The notes beneath the pieces were generated by a model, which was not told the DNA's origin, ran no database searches, and saw nothing but the letters and a program-made list of their open reading frames with translations. DNA of 64,000 bases. Source: Candidatus Limnocylindrus sp. Lineage in GTDB: Bacteria; Chloroflexota; Limnocylindria; Limnocylindrales; Limnocylindraceae. Both the position numbers and the translations under genes were made by a program. Shown piece by piece: positions 46,633-55,637 of the stretch; the first letter of the stretch is position 1, and each line of letters begins with the position of its first letter. The stretch spans positions 64,001 through 128,000 of the forward strand of contig JBBAWM010000003.1 of the NCBI GenBank assembly GCA_040397175.1, written 5' to 3'.

Positions 46633-46661
46633 TTGACACGGTTCCGAACAAGCGTTCTAAT
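46633..46661 (+). promoter_or_regulatory. lexA promoter with autoregulatory SOS box
   Basis: TTGACA at 46633-38, GAAC-AAGC-GTTC at 46646-57, TCTAAT at 46656-61, ATG 6 nt later. Confidence 0.85.
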
Positions 46662-46667
46662 AACTCT

Positions 46668-47315
46668 ATGACCCGACATGATCAGGACCGCAAGACGAGG
46701 ATTCTCCAGGCGATCGCCGAGGGGATCCGCCGCTCAGGCACGCCGCCGACCGTGCGAGAGATCGCCGACCTGGTTGGCCTTGCCGCCCCCTCCGCCGTGC
46801 ATCACCACCTCGAGACTCTCGAGCAGGAGGGCCTGATCGAGCGTGGCGCCGGGCTTTCGCGCTCCGTGCGCCTTACCGCCCGCGGCCGCTCCCTTCTGGA
46901 GATCGACAGCGAGCTCGAGACAACGAACCTGCCGATGGCCGCCCGCGAGCTGGTCGTGGTGGGGCAGATCGCCGCCGGTGGGCCGATCGAGGCCTATGAG
47001 GAGCGCTCCGAGACGGTCGCCGTCCCTGAGTTCATGTCGACCCCCGACTCCTACCTGCTGAAGATTCGCGGCGACTCCATGATCGACGCCCAGATCGCCG
47101 ACGGCGACTACGTCGTGATCAAGCCGAGCAAGGTCGCCGCCGATGGCGACATCGTGGTCGCCCAAGTCGAAGAGAACGAGGTCACCCTAAAGCAGCTCTT
47201 CCGCGAGACCGGTCGGGTGCGCCTGCAGCCAGCCAACAAGGCGTACAAGCCGATGTACTACCCCGCCGTGAACGTGCAAGGAGTACTGGTCGGCGTTCTT
47301 CGCCGCGTTCACTAA
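46668..47315 (+). CDS. lexA: SOS repressor LexA
   Basis: PPTVREI wHTH, IAAG cleavage site, GDSM catalytic Ser, VTLK catalytic Lys. Confidence 0.96.
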   Translation: MTRHDQDRKTRILQAIAEGIRRSGTPPTVREIADLVGLAAPSAVHHHLETLEQEGLIERGAGLSRSVRLTARGRSLLEIDSELETTNLPMAARELVVVGQIAAGGPIEAYEERSETVAVPEFMSTPDSYLLKIRGDSMIDAQIADGDYVVIKPSKVAADGDIVVAQVEENEVTLKQLFRETGRVRLQPANKAYKPMYYPAVNVQGVLVGVLRRVH

Positions 47316-47341
47316 CCTCCGCCTCGGCGCCGGGCGCCGAC

Positions 47342-47350
47342 TTATCCACA
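47342..47350 (+). promoter_or_regulatory. Perfect DnaA box upstream of dnaB
   Basis: TTATCCACA in the lexA-dnaB intergenic region. Confidence 0.65.
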
Positions 47351-47445
47351 GCCGAAGGGGCCCGATCCCCTCTTCGTGGAGAGATTGGGGCAGATCTGTG
47401 GGCATCCATCTAGAGCGTAAACGACGCGACTGAGAGAATACGCGC

Positions 47446-48822
47446 ATGACAAGCCAACTCCCACCACAGTCCTCCGAGGCCGAAGAGTCCGTACTCGGCG
47501 CCATCCTGATCGACGGCGACGCCATCACTGAAGTCTCCGAAACACTCAAGGCGGCCGACTTCTACAAGCCGGCAAACAGCAAGGTCTACGCCGCCGTCCT
47601 CTCGCTCTACGAGCAGCGCCAGCCGATTGACATCCTCACCGTCTCCGAAGAGCTGGAGCGCCGCGGCCAGATCGAAGAGATCGGTGGACGTGCTGCACTT
47701 GCCGACCTCTGCGACCGCACACCAACGGCGGTGCACGCCAAGCAATACGCAAAGATCGTGGAGCGCAAGGCTGTGCTGCGCGGACTGATCAGCGCCGCCG
47801 GCCGCATTGCATCCATTGGCTACGAAGATCCTGCCGATGCCATTGAAGCGATTGACCGCGCCGAGTCAGAGCTCTTCGCCATCAGCGAGCGCCGAACGGT
47901 TTCTGGCTTCACCGCACTTGAGACACTGCTCGGTCAAGCGTACGAGCGACTCGATCATCTGCATCAGAATCGCGGGCAACTCATGGGCCTGCGCACCGGC
48001 TTCACCGACATCGACAGCAAGACGCAAGGACTGCAGGCGTCAGACTTCATCGTGCTTGCGGCACGTCCGTCGGTTGGTAAGACGTCGCTCGCGCTCAACA
48101 TTGCCGAGTACGCAGCGGTGCGCGAAGGAAAGTCGGTCGGCGTCTTCTCGCTTGAAATGAGCAAGGAGCAGCTCGTGCTGCGCTTGTTGTCGAGCGTGAC
48201 AAAGATCGACTCCTTCAAGTTGCGTAGCGGATTCCTGGCAGAGCTCGACTTCCCAAAGATCGCGGGTGCCATGGAGAGCCTCTCGCGCGCGAAGATCTTC
48301 ATCGACGACACGGCGAGCATCTCAGTCATGGAGCTGCGCACCAAGGCGCGGCGGCTCAAGATGGAGCATGGACTCGACCTGCTGATCGTTGACTACTTGC
48401 AGCTGATGCAGCCGGGCTCTTCAGGGCGTGAGTCGAACCGCGTGCAAGAGGTTTCCGAAATCTCACGGGGCCTGAAGGCGCTCGCGCGCGAGCTTGGTAT
48501 TCCGGTGCTCGCGCTCAGCCAGCTCTCGCGTCAGACCGAGATGCGTGGAGAATCGAAGGAGCCGCGACTCTCAGACCTCCGCGAGTCTGGAGCGATTGAG
48601 CAGGATGCCGACGTGGTGATCTTCTTGTGGCGCAAGGCGGATCGAATTGAGGAGACCGATGCTGTTGGTGAGGCGATCGACTTCAGCATCGCCAAGCACC
48701 GTAACGGCCCTACGGGCGCCGGTCAGCTCTACTTCGTCAAAGATCAGACGCGCTTCGTCAATCTGGTTCGCGAGCGCAGCGATAGCTCACAGGGCGGAGG
48801 TGACAGCGAGCCAGTAATGTAG
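47446..48822 (+). CDS. dnaB: Replicative DNA helicase
   Basis: AARPSVGKT, FSLEMS, VDYLQL, DLRESGAIEQDAD and KHRNGPTG motifs; no intein. Confidence 0.97.
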   Translation: MTSQLPPQSSEAEESVLGAILIDGDAITEVSETLKAADFYKPANSKVYAAVLSLYEQRQPIDILTVSEELERRGQIEEIGGRAALADLCDRTPTAVHAKQYAKIVERKAVLRGLISAAGRIASIGYEDPADAIEAIDRAESELFAISERRTVSGFTALETLLGQAYERLDHLHQNRGQLMGLRTGFTDIDSKTQGLQASDFIVLAARPSVGKTSLALNIAEYAAVREGKSVGVFSLEMSKEQLVLRLLSSVTKIDSFKLRSGFLAELDFPKIAGAMESLSRAKIFIDDTASISVMELRTKARRLKMEHGLDLLIVDYLQLMQPGSSGRESNRVQEVSEISRGLKALARELGIPVLALSQLSRQTEMRGESKEPRLSDLRESGAIEQDADVVIFLWRKADRIEETDAVGEAIDFSIAKHRNGPTGAGQLYFVKDQTRFVNLVRERSDSSQGGGDSEPVM

Positions 48823-48826
48823 CGAC

Positions 48827-50071
48827 ATGAACCTCATGTTGCTCCGACCTGGCATGCGTCGCGCCTCGTATCTCTACCTGATGGTGGGCATCATGCAGGC
48901 CTGCTACCTCCCGTTTATCTCGTTCGTCTTCCGTGATCGTGGCGTTTCGTTGCAGGCGATTGGCCTCGTGGGAGCGGTGAACTCGGTTCTCGCGCTCACC
49001 GCCGCGCCGATCTGGGGGCACCTTGGTGACGCAACGCTCGGCCGGGTGGCGGCATTCCGACTGGCGATCTTTGCAACGGCGATTGGGGTGTGTGCCTTTG
49101 CCGCTGGGCCACTCGCCGGTATCCCGGGCTCGATGCTCGCCGCTTTCGCGGGCGCCGGAATTGTTCCCCTACTCGATTCCATCGGAATGGAGCGACTTGC
49201 AAAGGTGAAGGGGAATTGGGGCACCTTGCGCTCGGTCACCAGCGGTAGCTTTGCGGCAAGTAGCCTCGTGAGCGGGGTGATCGTCGTTGCCGGCGGCGCC
49301 ATTCTCGTCGGACCGCTCTACGCCGCATGGGCGCTCGTCATCCTCGCCGGAACCATTGGGTTGCGCGTCACACATCGGCCGCACAGCGCCGCGACCGAGG
49401 ATGAACTCGAAGTAGAACGTACCGAGCTTGCAGGCAGTAACGCCGAGATCGCCGTTGCTGGCAACTGGCGAGACCGATTCGGCACCGTCAGCCTTGCATT
49501 CGCACAATCACCGAAACTCCTCTCGTTCTTGCTCTTGAGCCTGCTCGCCAATCTTGGCGCCGGCCTCTTCTACTCGTTCGGATATCTGCGCATCCAAGAG
49601 GTTGGTGGGAATGCCTCCATGGTGACGTTGGCGGCAACCATCTCGGCCACCGTAGAGATTCCCTTCTTCTTGATCGGTGGTGCCATCGCATTACGGTTCG
49701 GTATGCGCGCCGTGTATGCAATTGGGCTCGGCGCACTCGGCTTGTGCAGCTTTGGGTATGCGCTCGACGTATCGCCGATCGTCCTCAGCATCGTCCGCGC
49801 ACTCTGTGGGGTGGGTTTTGCCTGCACCCTTCTTGGAAGTGTGTTGACCATTCGCGCAATCGTTCCGCTTGCGCTGCAGGCAACGGGGCAGGCGCTCTTC
49901 CAAGCGATCTCGTTCGGCCTCGCAGTCTCTATCGCGTCAATCGTGGGTGGTGTGCTCTATGGAGAACTTGGTGCGCCGCCGCTCTTTGTGTTTTCAGGTC
50001 TGATCTTGTTCGGTTCGATTCCGTTTGCCTGGCGAATCCTCCGCGTTGACTCAGCGCTGTCTACTCACTAA
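48827..50071 (+). CDS. MFS transporter (MFS_1_like; HcaT/NupG-like)
   Basis: About 12 TM; APIWGHLGD, EIPFF and ATGQAL motifs. Confidence 0.85.
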   Translation: MNLMLLRPGMRRASYLYLMVGIMQACYLPFISFVFRDRGVSLQAIGLVGAVNSVLALTAAPIWGHLGDATLGRVAAFRLAIFATAIGVCAFAAGPLAGIPGSMLAAFAGAGIVPLLDSIGMERLAKVKGNWGTLRSVTSGSFAASSLVSGVIVVAGGAILVGPLYAAWALVILAGTIGLRVTHRPHSAATEDELEVERTELAGSNAEIAVAGNWRDRFGTVSLAFAQSPKLLSFLLLSLLANLGAGLFYSFGYLRIQEVGGNASMVTLAATISATVEIPFFLIGGAIALRFGMRAVYAIGLGALGLCSFGYALDVSPIVLSIVRALCGVGFACTLLGSVLTIRAIVPLALQATGQALFQAISFGLAVSIASIVGGVLYGELGAPPLFVFSGLILFGSIPFAWRILRVDSALSTH

Positions 50072-51203
50072 CGCTCTTCGCTGCGCGAGCACGCGCTGCA
50101 ACCTTGCCAAGGTGGCGACGGAACTCAATCGATGCCTGATCGGGCCCAGCAATGTGTAGCTCTGCAGAGAGATCTACCGGCAACGCCTCTGGTCGCTGTG
50201 ATTGGGTGATCGGCTGATCCTGATCAAGGATCAGGCGCTGGAAATCGCCGAGTTCCGTATCGTTCGACGGGTCAAGGCGATAGCTGCGCGCGTTCCAGGT
50301 AAAGGTGCGCGTCTCCTTCGATGAGAGCGGTGAGGCAGCGATAAAGAGGACGAATCGATTTCCTTCAGGGAGTTGCTGGTCAAGGGTGACCGAGTAGGGC
50401 AGATGCACCGTGTACGTCGTTGGATCGCGCTGCACCTTTGTGCCAGGCGCCACATCGCCCTTCACGCTGGTCTGCGGCTCTTCGAGTGCGATCTGGAAGC
50501 TGATCGTTGTCTCGCTGCTCTCCACAACATGGTCGGGGCTGAGCGGCTTTGCGCGGTCGCCAAGGATCCCCTCGTGGACCCACGGGAAGTGACTGAAGTC
50601 AATGAAGTTCTCGATGCGACGCGCGGGCGAGCACTTCCAGTCGTAGGTGGTGATCGGGATGGTGCGCAGCGAGGGGTCGCCCCACCACGGCGCCTCGGGG
50701 AGCGGATAGAGCGGTGCAGGGTGCTCCCAGCCGCCAGGGCCTGGCTCGAGTAGCACCCAGACCAGACCGAGATGTTCGGTGGCGGCGTAGCGCTCGATGC
50801 GCGCGCGGCGTGGGATCGCGCGACCGTGCACAGCGGGGATGCGCTTCACCTCGCCGCTCTGGCCGTAGCTCCAACCGTGATACGGGCAGACCAGACAGGC
50901 TTCGCCCGTGGCTGGGCTCCCATCGGGAGCTGGACTTGTGCCTGGATCGACCCAGCCGAGCGAGAGGGCGGTGCCGCGGTGCACGCAGAGGTCGGGGAAG
51001 GCGGCAACCGTGTCGCCCAGGCGGGCCACGACCAGTGTCTCGCCGGAGAGGCGGATAGGGAGCGGCCGGTCAGTCAGCTCACCGCTCTGGCAGACAGGCA
51101 TCCAGGCGGCGCGAAGGGCCTGGTCGAGGGCCGCCTCACCCGCGACATCGAGGTCGTTCGGGCCCGCTTCGCCTGGGAGCGCCGTCCCATCGAGGCGCTT
51201 CAT
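50061..51203 (-). CDS. Rieske non-heme iron oxygenase alpha subunit (NdmA/VanA-like demethylase)
   Basis: CVHRG...CPYHGW Rieske motif; ENFIDFSHFPWVH mononuclear Fe site; ATGA overlap with upstream hydrolase. Confidence 0.9.
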   Translation of the reverse strand: MKRLDGTALPGEAGPNDLDVAGEAALDQALRAAWMPVCQSGELTDRPLPIRLSGETLVVARLGDTVAAFPDLCVHRGTALSLGWVDPGTSPAPDGSPATGEACLVCPYHGWSYGQSGEVKRIPAVHGRAIPRRARIERYAATEHLGLVWVLLEPGPGGWEHPAPLYPLPEAPWWGDPSLRTIPITTYDWKCSPARRIENFIDFSHFPWVHEGILGDRAKPLSPDHVVESSETTISFQIALEEPQTSVKGDVAPGTKVQRDPTTYTVHLPYSVTLDQQLPEGNRFVLFIAASPLSSKETRTFTWNARSYRLDPSNDTELGDFQRLILDQDQPITQSQRPEALPVDLSAELHIAGPDQASIEFRRHLGKVAARARAAKSVSE

Positions 51204-52162
51204 CGCTGGCCGAAGATCTCCATCATTAGCGCAATGAAGCGCGGGGCGTTCGCATCGAAGGCGACATCGGCATTCGGCTCCTTGCCGCCGCGATGGTGCG
51301 TATCCACGACGGTGCGCCCGAGGGTGAGGGTGCCCGTGGTCTCTACCGCGACGTGGCAACGCTTCGTCGTGATGATGTCTGGCTCTACAAGCGCCGCAAC
51401 GCACAGCGCATCGTGCACCGGCGCCGACTCTGGAACGTCCATCTTCTGGCTGCTCTCATAACTACCGATGCGTCGCTTGATCACCGTCTCGGTCGCCATG
51501 CCTGCAGGTGTGCCGAGCGCGCCGAATGCCGCGCACTCTTTTGCGGTGACGAGTGCCTTATGCGTTGCGTCGAGCGGCACCATCAGCACATCCTTGAAGC
51601 CCGCCTCAAAGACGCTCGCGGCCGCCTCTGCGTCGGCCCAAATGTTGAACTCCGCGGAGGCGGTCATGTTCGGAACCTCATGGCCGCCGCCCATGATGAT
51701 CAGCTTCGGCACCCACTCGGCGAAGCGTGGCTCTTGCGCAACGGCTGCCGCAATGTTCGTCAGTGGGCCGATCGGCATGAGCGTGATCGGTTGCGTTGCG
51801 TTGCGATACGTTTCGATCAGGTACTCCACGGCGCGTTCAGAGGCTGGCTTGCTCGCGCTGCGTGGAATGTCGAGATAGGTGCCGTGCGGGTCCTGCACGC
51901 TATCCGCCTTGAAGAAGCGCTCCGATGGCATCGCCTTGCGGACGAGTGGCCGCGGGAATCCCGCGTGCACCGGAATGTGCCCTTTGCCGATCAGCTCTAA
52001 TACGGAGAGTGAATTCGTGGTCGTTGCGTAGAGCGGTGCGTTGCCAAATACCGTCGTGACGCCGATCAGGTCAATCTCGGGGTGGAGCGCGGCAAGCATC
52101 AGCGCAACAGCGTCATCCGTTCCCGTGTCGCAGTCGATGATCAGGCGGTGCTTGGTGCTCAT
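51200..52162 (-). CDS. Inosine/uridine-preferring nucleoside hydrolase
   Basis: DCDTGTDD, GPLTN, AEFNIWAD and VHDA motifs; TACAAT-6nt-ATG. Confidence 0.93.
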   Translation of the reverse strand: MSTKHRLIIDCDTGTDDAVALMLAALHPEIDLIGVTTVFGNAPLYATTTNSLSVLELIGKGHIPVHAGFPRPLVRKAMPSERFFKADSVQDPHGTYLDIPRSASKPASERAVEYLIETYRNATQPITLMPIGPLTNIAAAVAQEPRFAEWVPKLIIMGGGHEVPNMTASAEFNIWADAEAAASVFEAGFKDVLMVPLDATHKALVTAKECAAFGALGTPAGMATETVIKRRIGSYESSQKMDVPESAPVHDALCVAALVEPDIITTKRCHVAVETTGTLTLGRTVVDTHHRGGKEPNADVAFDANAPRFIALMMEIFGQR

Positions 52163-52306
52163 GGGGGGATTGTAGGGGCGAGAGGGCCTCGCTGCGGGGC
52201 ATGACGTGCGACCGGTACGCCAGCGATACGCGACCCTGATTCAGTATCCGCCCAGCCGACCCGCGGGCGCCGCCCTCGGCGGCCGTAAGGGGAGGTCTAT
52301 ACGATC

Positions 52307-54016
52307 ATGAGAAGTCCTCGTGTTCATCCAGCTCGGCCCCGCATCGATGCCGCTCTCGATGGCCTCGCCGACGGAGGGCTGGCCCTCATCTGCGGTAGTG
52401 CCGGATATGGCAAGAGTAGCGCCGTCGCCGCATGGGGTATTCGTGCCGATCGCCCCATGCGTTGGCTACGGGCAAGCCGCGGCCTAAGTGACGCGTTGCA
52501 ACTTGCCGCCGATGAAGATGATGGGGTCCGCCTACCACGCCTCGCCCGAGCCGTTCGTCAGCAACAAACGACACCGGTGTGCGCGGCAGCACTGATCGCC
52601 GACCTTGCCGCACCACACACCGATCTGATCCTCGTCATCGATGATGCAGACGCACTCGCTGCATCATCGGAAGGTCTCACCTTTCTCCGGTTGCTAGCAG
52701 AGCGCGCCCCTGACCGATCTCGTGTGGCACTGATTGGGCGCCGCGTTACGCAGTTACGCCTCATCGCGGCGCGTGCAAAGCGTCAAGTCATGCACATCGG
52801 CGCAGCAGCGCTCCGCGTGACTCCACGGCAGACGCGCCAAATCGCCGAGGCTCGTGGTTGGAGCGGGGCGCCGACCGCGCTTGAAGAGGCTCGACGTGCG
52901 GCGGCGGGAAACGGTGGCATCCTTGCTACCTGGCTGGACCAGGTGCGCGAGGGTGGTGACCGTTCCGAACTTGATGAGTTCATCCGGCGCGACGTCGTTG
53001 GCCGTAGCGGGCCACTCCTCGCTCGGCTCGCCCACCCTGCCGGAGAAGAGGCGAACCCTGAGCTCCTTCGAACGTTGTGGGAGGAGGGGCTACTCATTGC
53101 CCCTGCAGACCAGGACGAGCTTGGTGAACCAGGATGGACAATCCCACGATTCATCGCCGAGACGCTCGATCTTCCCCAGGCGCTGCGTGCCGTGCCGCAG
53201 GGCTCTGAGGTTGCCCCAGCAAGCCCGCTGACGCCCTGTGCGCTCAGCTCCGTCGCCGTGGTGCATGACCTGGGCCCGCTGAGCATTGAGGTCGCGGGAC
53301 GAACTATTGAAGGGACCGCCATTCGCCCACGCTCTGTTGCCCTGCTCCACTATCTCGCCACGCGACCACGACATGCCGCGACGCGTGACGAGGCGATCGA
53401 TGCGCTCTGGCCCGAAGCGGAGGCGCAAGCCGGACTGAATTCGCTCAACCAGGCGATCTACCACCTACGGCGCGCACTCGACCCTGACTACGATCTTGCG
53501 CTCCAGGAGGGAACACCCACGCCGTATATCCGACACGAGGCGGAAATGGTCACCGTAAACCTTGACCTCGTCTCATTCGATTCCGCTCAGCTGAGAAGCA
53601 CCCTTGATGCGATTCGGCGTCGCGCACGCGTTGAGCAGATCGACGATCTCCTTGACTCCTATCTTGGACCGTTCGGCGTTGAGGTTCCCTTTGAGCCGTG
53701 GGCCGAACAGCACCGCAGCGCACTCGACGTGGGAATCTTCGCAATCATCGAGCGCGAGATGGCTGCTGCATACTCCGTTGGCGACATTGATCGCGCGATT
53801 GACCTTGCACTTCGTGCTGTTCGCATTGATCCAACAGATGGTGGAATGCTCGAGCACTTGGCGTTGCTGCTTGAGGAGAGTGGTTCCATTGCTGGTGCTC
53901 GGAGGGCTGCGGCACGAGCGATCTCAGCGCTGCAAGAGATGGACATTGCGCCAAACCCAGCGCTGCAGCGACTTAGCGCAGATCTGCACCGCGCTCGGCC
54001 CGCGCTGCAGCAGTGA
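52307..54016 (+). CDS. Transcriptional regulator with MalT-like P-loop, wHTH and BTAD domain
   Basis: GSAGYGKS, LVIDD, ALWPE...LRRAL and YLGPF motifs; GGGGAGG RBS. Confidence 0.75.
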   Translation: MRSPRVHPARPRIDAALDGLADGGLALICGSAGYGKSSAVAAWGIRADRPMRWLRASRGLSDALQLAADEDDGVRLPRLARAVRQQQTTPVCAAALIADLAAPHTDLILVIDDADALAASSEGLTFLRLLAERAPDRSRVALIGRRVTQLRLIAARAKRQVMHIGAAALRVTPRQTRQIAEARGWSGAPTALEEARRAAAGNGGILATWLDQVREGGDRSELDEFIRRDVVGRSGPLLARLAHPAGEEANPELLRTLWEEGLLIAPADQDELGEPGWTIPRFIAETLDLPQALRAVPQGSEVAPASPLTPCALSSVAVVHDLGPLSIEVAGRTIEGTAIRPRSVALLHYLATRPRHAATRDEAIDALWPEAEAQAGLNSLNQAIYHLRRALDPDYDLALQEGTPTPYIRHEAEMVTVNLDLVSFDSAQLRSTLDAIRRRARVEQIDDLLDSYLGPFGVEVPFEPWAEQHRSALDVGIFAIIEREMAAAYSVGDIDRAIDLALRAVRIDPTDGGMLEHLALLLEESGSIAGARRAAARAISALQEMDIAPNPALQRLSADLHRARPALQQ

Positions 54017-54413
54017 CTGCAGCGACGGCGGAGAGGATGACAGTGAGTCCGTAGAGCAAACACCAGCCGCACCACGCGCCGATCGCGAATGCTTGAATCG
54101 CAATGAGCACGAGTTCAATCGCTGCACCAACCATGGCTGCGAGCACCCAGATGTTGAGCGAGATCGCCGAGCGCGTTCGCAGATAGTGCGTTGAGGAGAT
54201 GAGGAGGACGAGAGAGCCAACGACGCCGACGAGCGCGATTGGGATCGGCCCAATGCTGGAGTAGACCGATGCCTCTACCTTGGCGCAACCACCAAATGGT
54301 CCAAGCGCAGGACCGCAAATCGCCGAAATGCCAGCGAAGCGAATGGCCAAGAGGTAGGTTGCAATGGCGGTCCCAATCGCGGAGATGATTGCGCCGAACC
54401 GTACGGCACGCAT
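53973..54413 (-). CDS. Vitamin K epoxide reductase family protein (DsbB analogue)
   Basis: C...C loop pair (CGPALGPFGGCAKVEAS) and AWCGWC; 4 TM. Confidence 0.88.
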   Translation of the reverse strand: MRAVRFGAIISAIGTAIATYLLAIRFAGISAICGPALGPFGGCAKVEASVYSSIGPIPIALVGVVGSLVLLISSTHYLRTRSAISLNIWVLAAMVGAAIELVLIAIQAFAIGAWCGWCLLYGLTVILSAVAAVTAAARAERGADLR

Positions 54414-54417
54414 GTGC

Positions 54418-55104
54418 TTACGGCTTGAGGGCGGCGTCGATGCGCTTGAAGAGGTCCTCTGCCTTAGGAACACCAGATTGCATCCAGTCGCCGATCTGCA
54501 GCGTTGGCGTGCCGGTGACACCAGCAAGGCGGGCCGCTGCGCTCTCCGCTTCGACGTCGGCGCGAACCGTGGCGTCGGCGATGCATGTGTCCCATTGCGT
54601 TAGGTCGAGTCCCGCAGCACCGGCAAGGATACGGAGTCGTGGATTGCTAAAGCCGCCTTGGTTCTCGCCGTTCTGATTTTGGAAGAGGTACGCGTGATAG
54701 GCCCAATACTTGTTCTGCTTATCGGCGCACACTGCTCCAACGGCAGCGGTGAATGACTCTTCGCCAATAAAGGCGAAGAAGTGATGCTCGATGCGTAGTC
54801 GTCCATCCTTGACATATTTCTCATACAGCTGTGATTCGACGCTGTTGCCGTTGGTCCACTGGCCACAGACGGGGCACTGGAAGTCGGTCCACACCTTTAA
54901 GGTGACGGGCGCGGTAACGAGCCCGAGGCCGCGACCGGTGGAGAGCTCAGCCGCTGGCGGGAAGTAGGCGGCGACCGGAGCCTGCGGAACAAAGGTGTCG
55001 CTCGCGGTCGGCTTGCCGCTGAAGGAGCCCCCGAGGAGGAGCACGACGATCCCAACCCCAAAGACAACGGCGCCCGTCAACAGTGCGTTCTTTACGATGC
55101 TCAT
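54418..55104 (-). CDS. DsbA-family thioredoxin-fold oxidoreductase
   Basis: N-terminal TM, DFQCPVC and GVTGTPT motifs; TATGAT-6nt-ATG. Confidence 0.9.
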   Translation of the reverse strand: MSIVKNALLTGAVVFGVGIVVLLLGGSFSGKPTASDTFVPQAPVAAYFPPAAELSTGRGLGLVTAPVTLKVWTDFQCPVCGQWTNGNSVESQLYEKYVKDGRLRIEHHFFAFIGEESFTAAVGAVCADKQNKYWAYHAYLFQNQNGENQGGFSNPRLRILAGAAGLDLTQWDTCIADATVRADVEAESAAARLAGVTGTPTLQIGDWMQSGVPKAEDLFKRIDAALKP

Positions 55105-55165
55105 GAGCGAATCATACCCGTGCAGGCGCCATACCCCTCAATCCACGCCCCCACGGCCCACCACG

Positions 55166-55192
55166 CAGTATTGAGACTTAGTCTCAATACTG
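55166..55192. promoter_or_regulatory. Zur/Fur operator (13-1-13 palindrome)
   Basis: CAGTATTGAGACT-T-AGTCTCAATACTG immediately upstream of the TACGAT -10 of zur. Confidence 0.85.
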
Positions 55193-55205
55193 GTACGATG
55201 CCCCC

Positions 55206-55637
55206 ATGGCACCAGAGTTGCTCCAGGCGCTTGGCCGGGCGGGGGTTCGCTTGACCGGGCCGCGCCGTGAACTCGCCGCCCTCATCACGCGGCGGCAGGG
55301 GCACTTCACGGCCGCCGACCTCCTCGCTGATGCCGAGCAGCGCAAGCTTGGCATTGGGCGCGCCACCGTCTTCCGCCTCCTCGAGCTCCTTGCCGATCGG
55401 AACCTCGTAGAGCGGGTGGATCTCCCCGACGGCCGTCACGCGTACGTCCCCTGCGAGCCAGCACACCATCACCACCTCGTCTGTATCTCGTGCGGTGCAA
55501 TCTCCGAGGTTGATGATTGCGGCATCGATGCCGTGACCGCCGAGGCCGCTCGACGTTCGGGCTTCGAGATCCAGTCACATCGCCTCGAACTCTTCGGTCG
55601 CTGCCCAGGATGCCAAAGTACGGATGTGCGCCAGTGA
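55206..55637 (+). CDS. zur: Fur-family regulator, probably Zur
   Basis: ATVFRLL, HHHHLVCISCG and CPGC motifs; heads the znu operon. Confidence 0.88.
   Translation: MAPELLQALGRAGVRLTGPRRELAALITRRQGHFTAADLLADAEQRKLGIGRATVFRLLELLADRNLVERVDLPDGRHAYVPCEPAHHHHLVCISCGAISEVDDCGIDAVTAEAARRSGFEIQSHRLELFGRCPGCQSTDVRQ

Noticed and set aside
46113-46667. 400-aa LexA with extra N-terminal domain
   Set aside because: Antisense to the ECF sigma gene; promoter and SOS box place the start at 46668
47316-47445. Replication origin
   Set aside because: Only one good DnaA box, no AT-rich element, no dnaA/dnaN nearby
51204-51404. Extended Rieske N-terminus
   Set aside because: Overlaps the hydrolase out of frame; the ATGA junction gives the start at 51203
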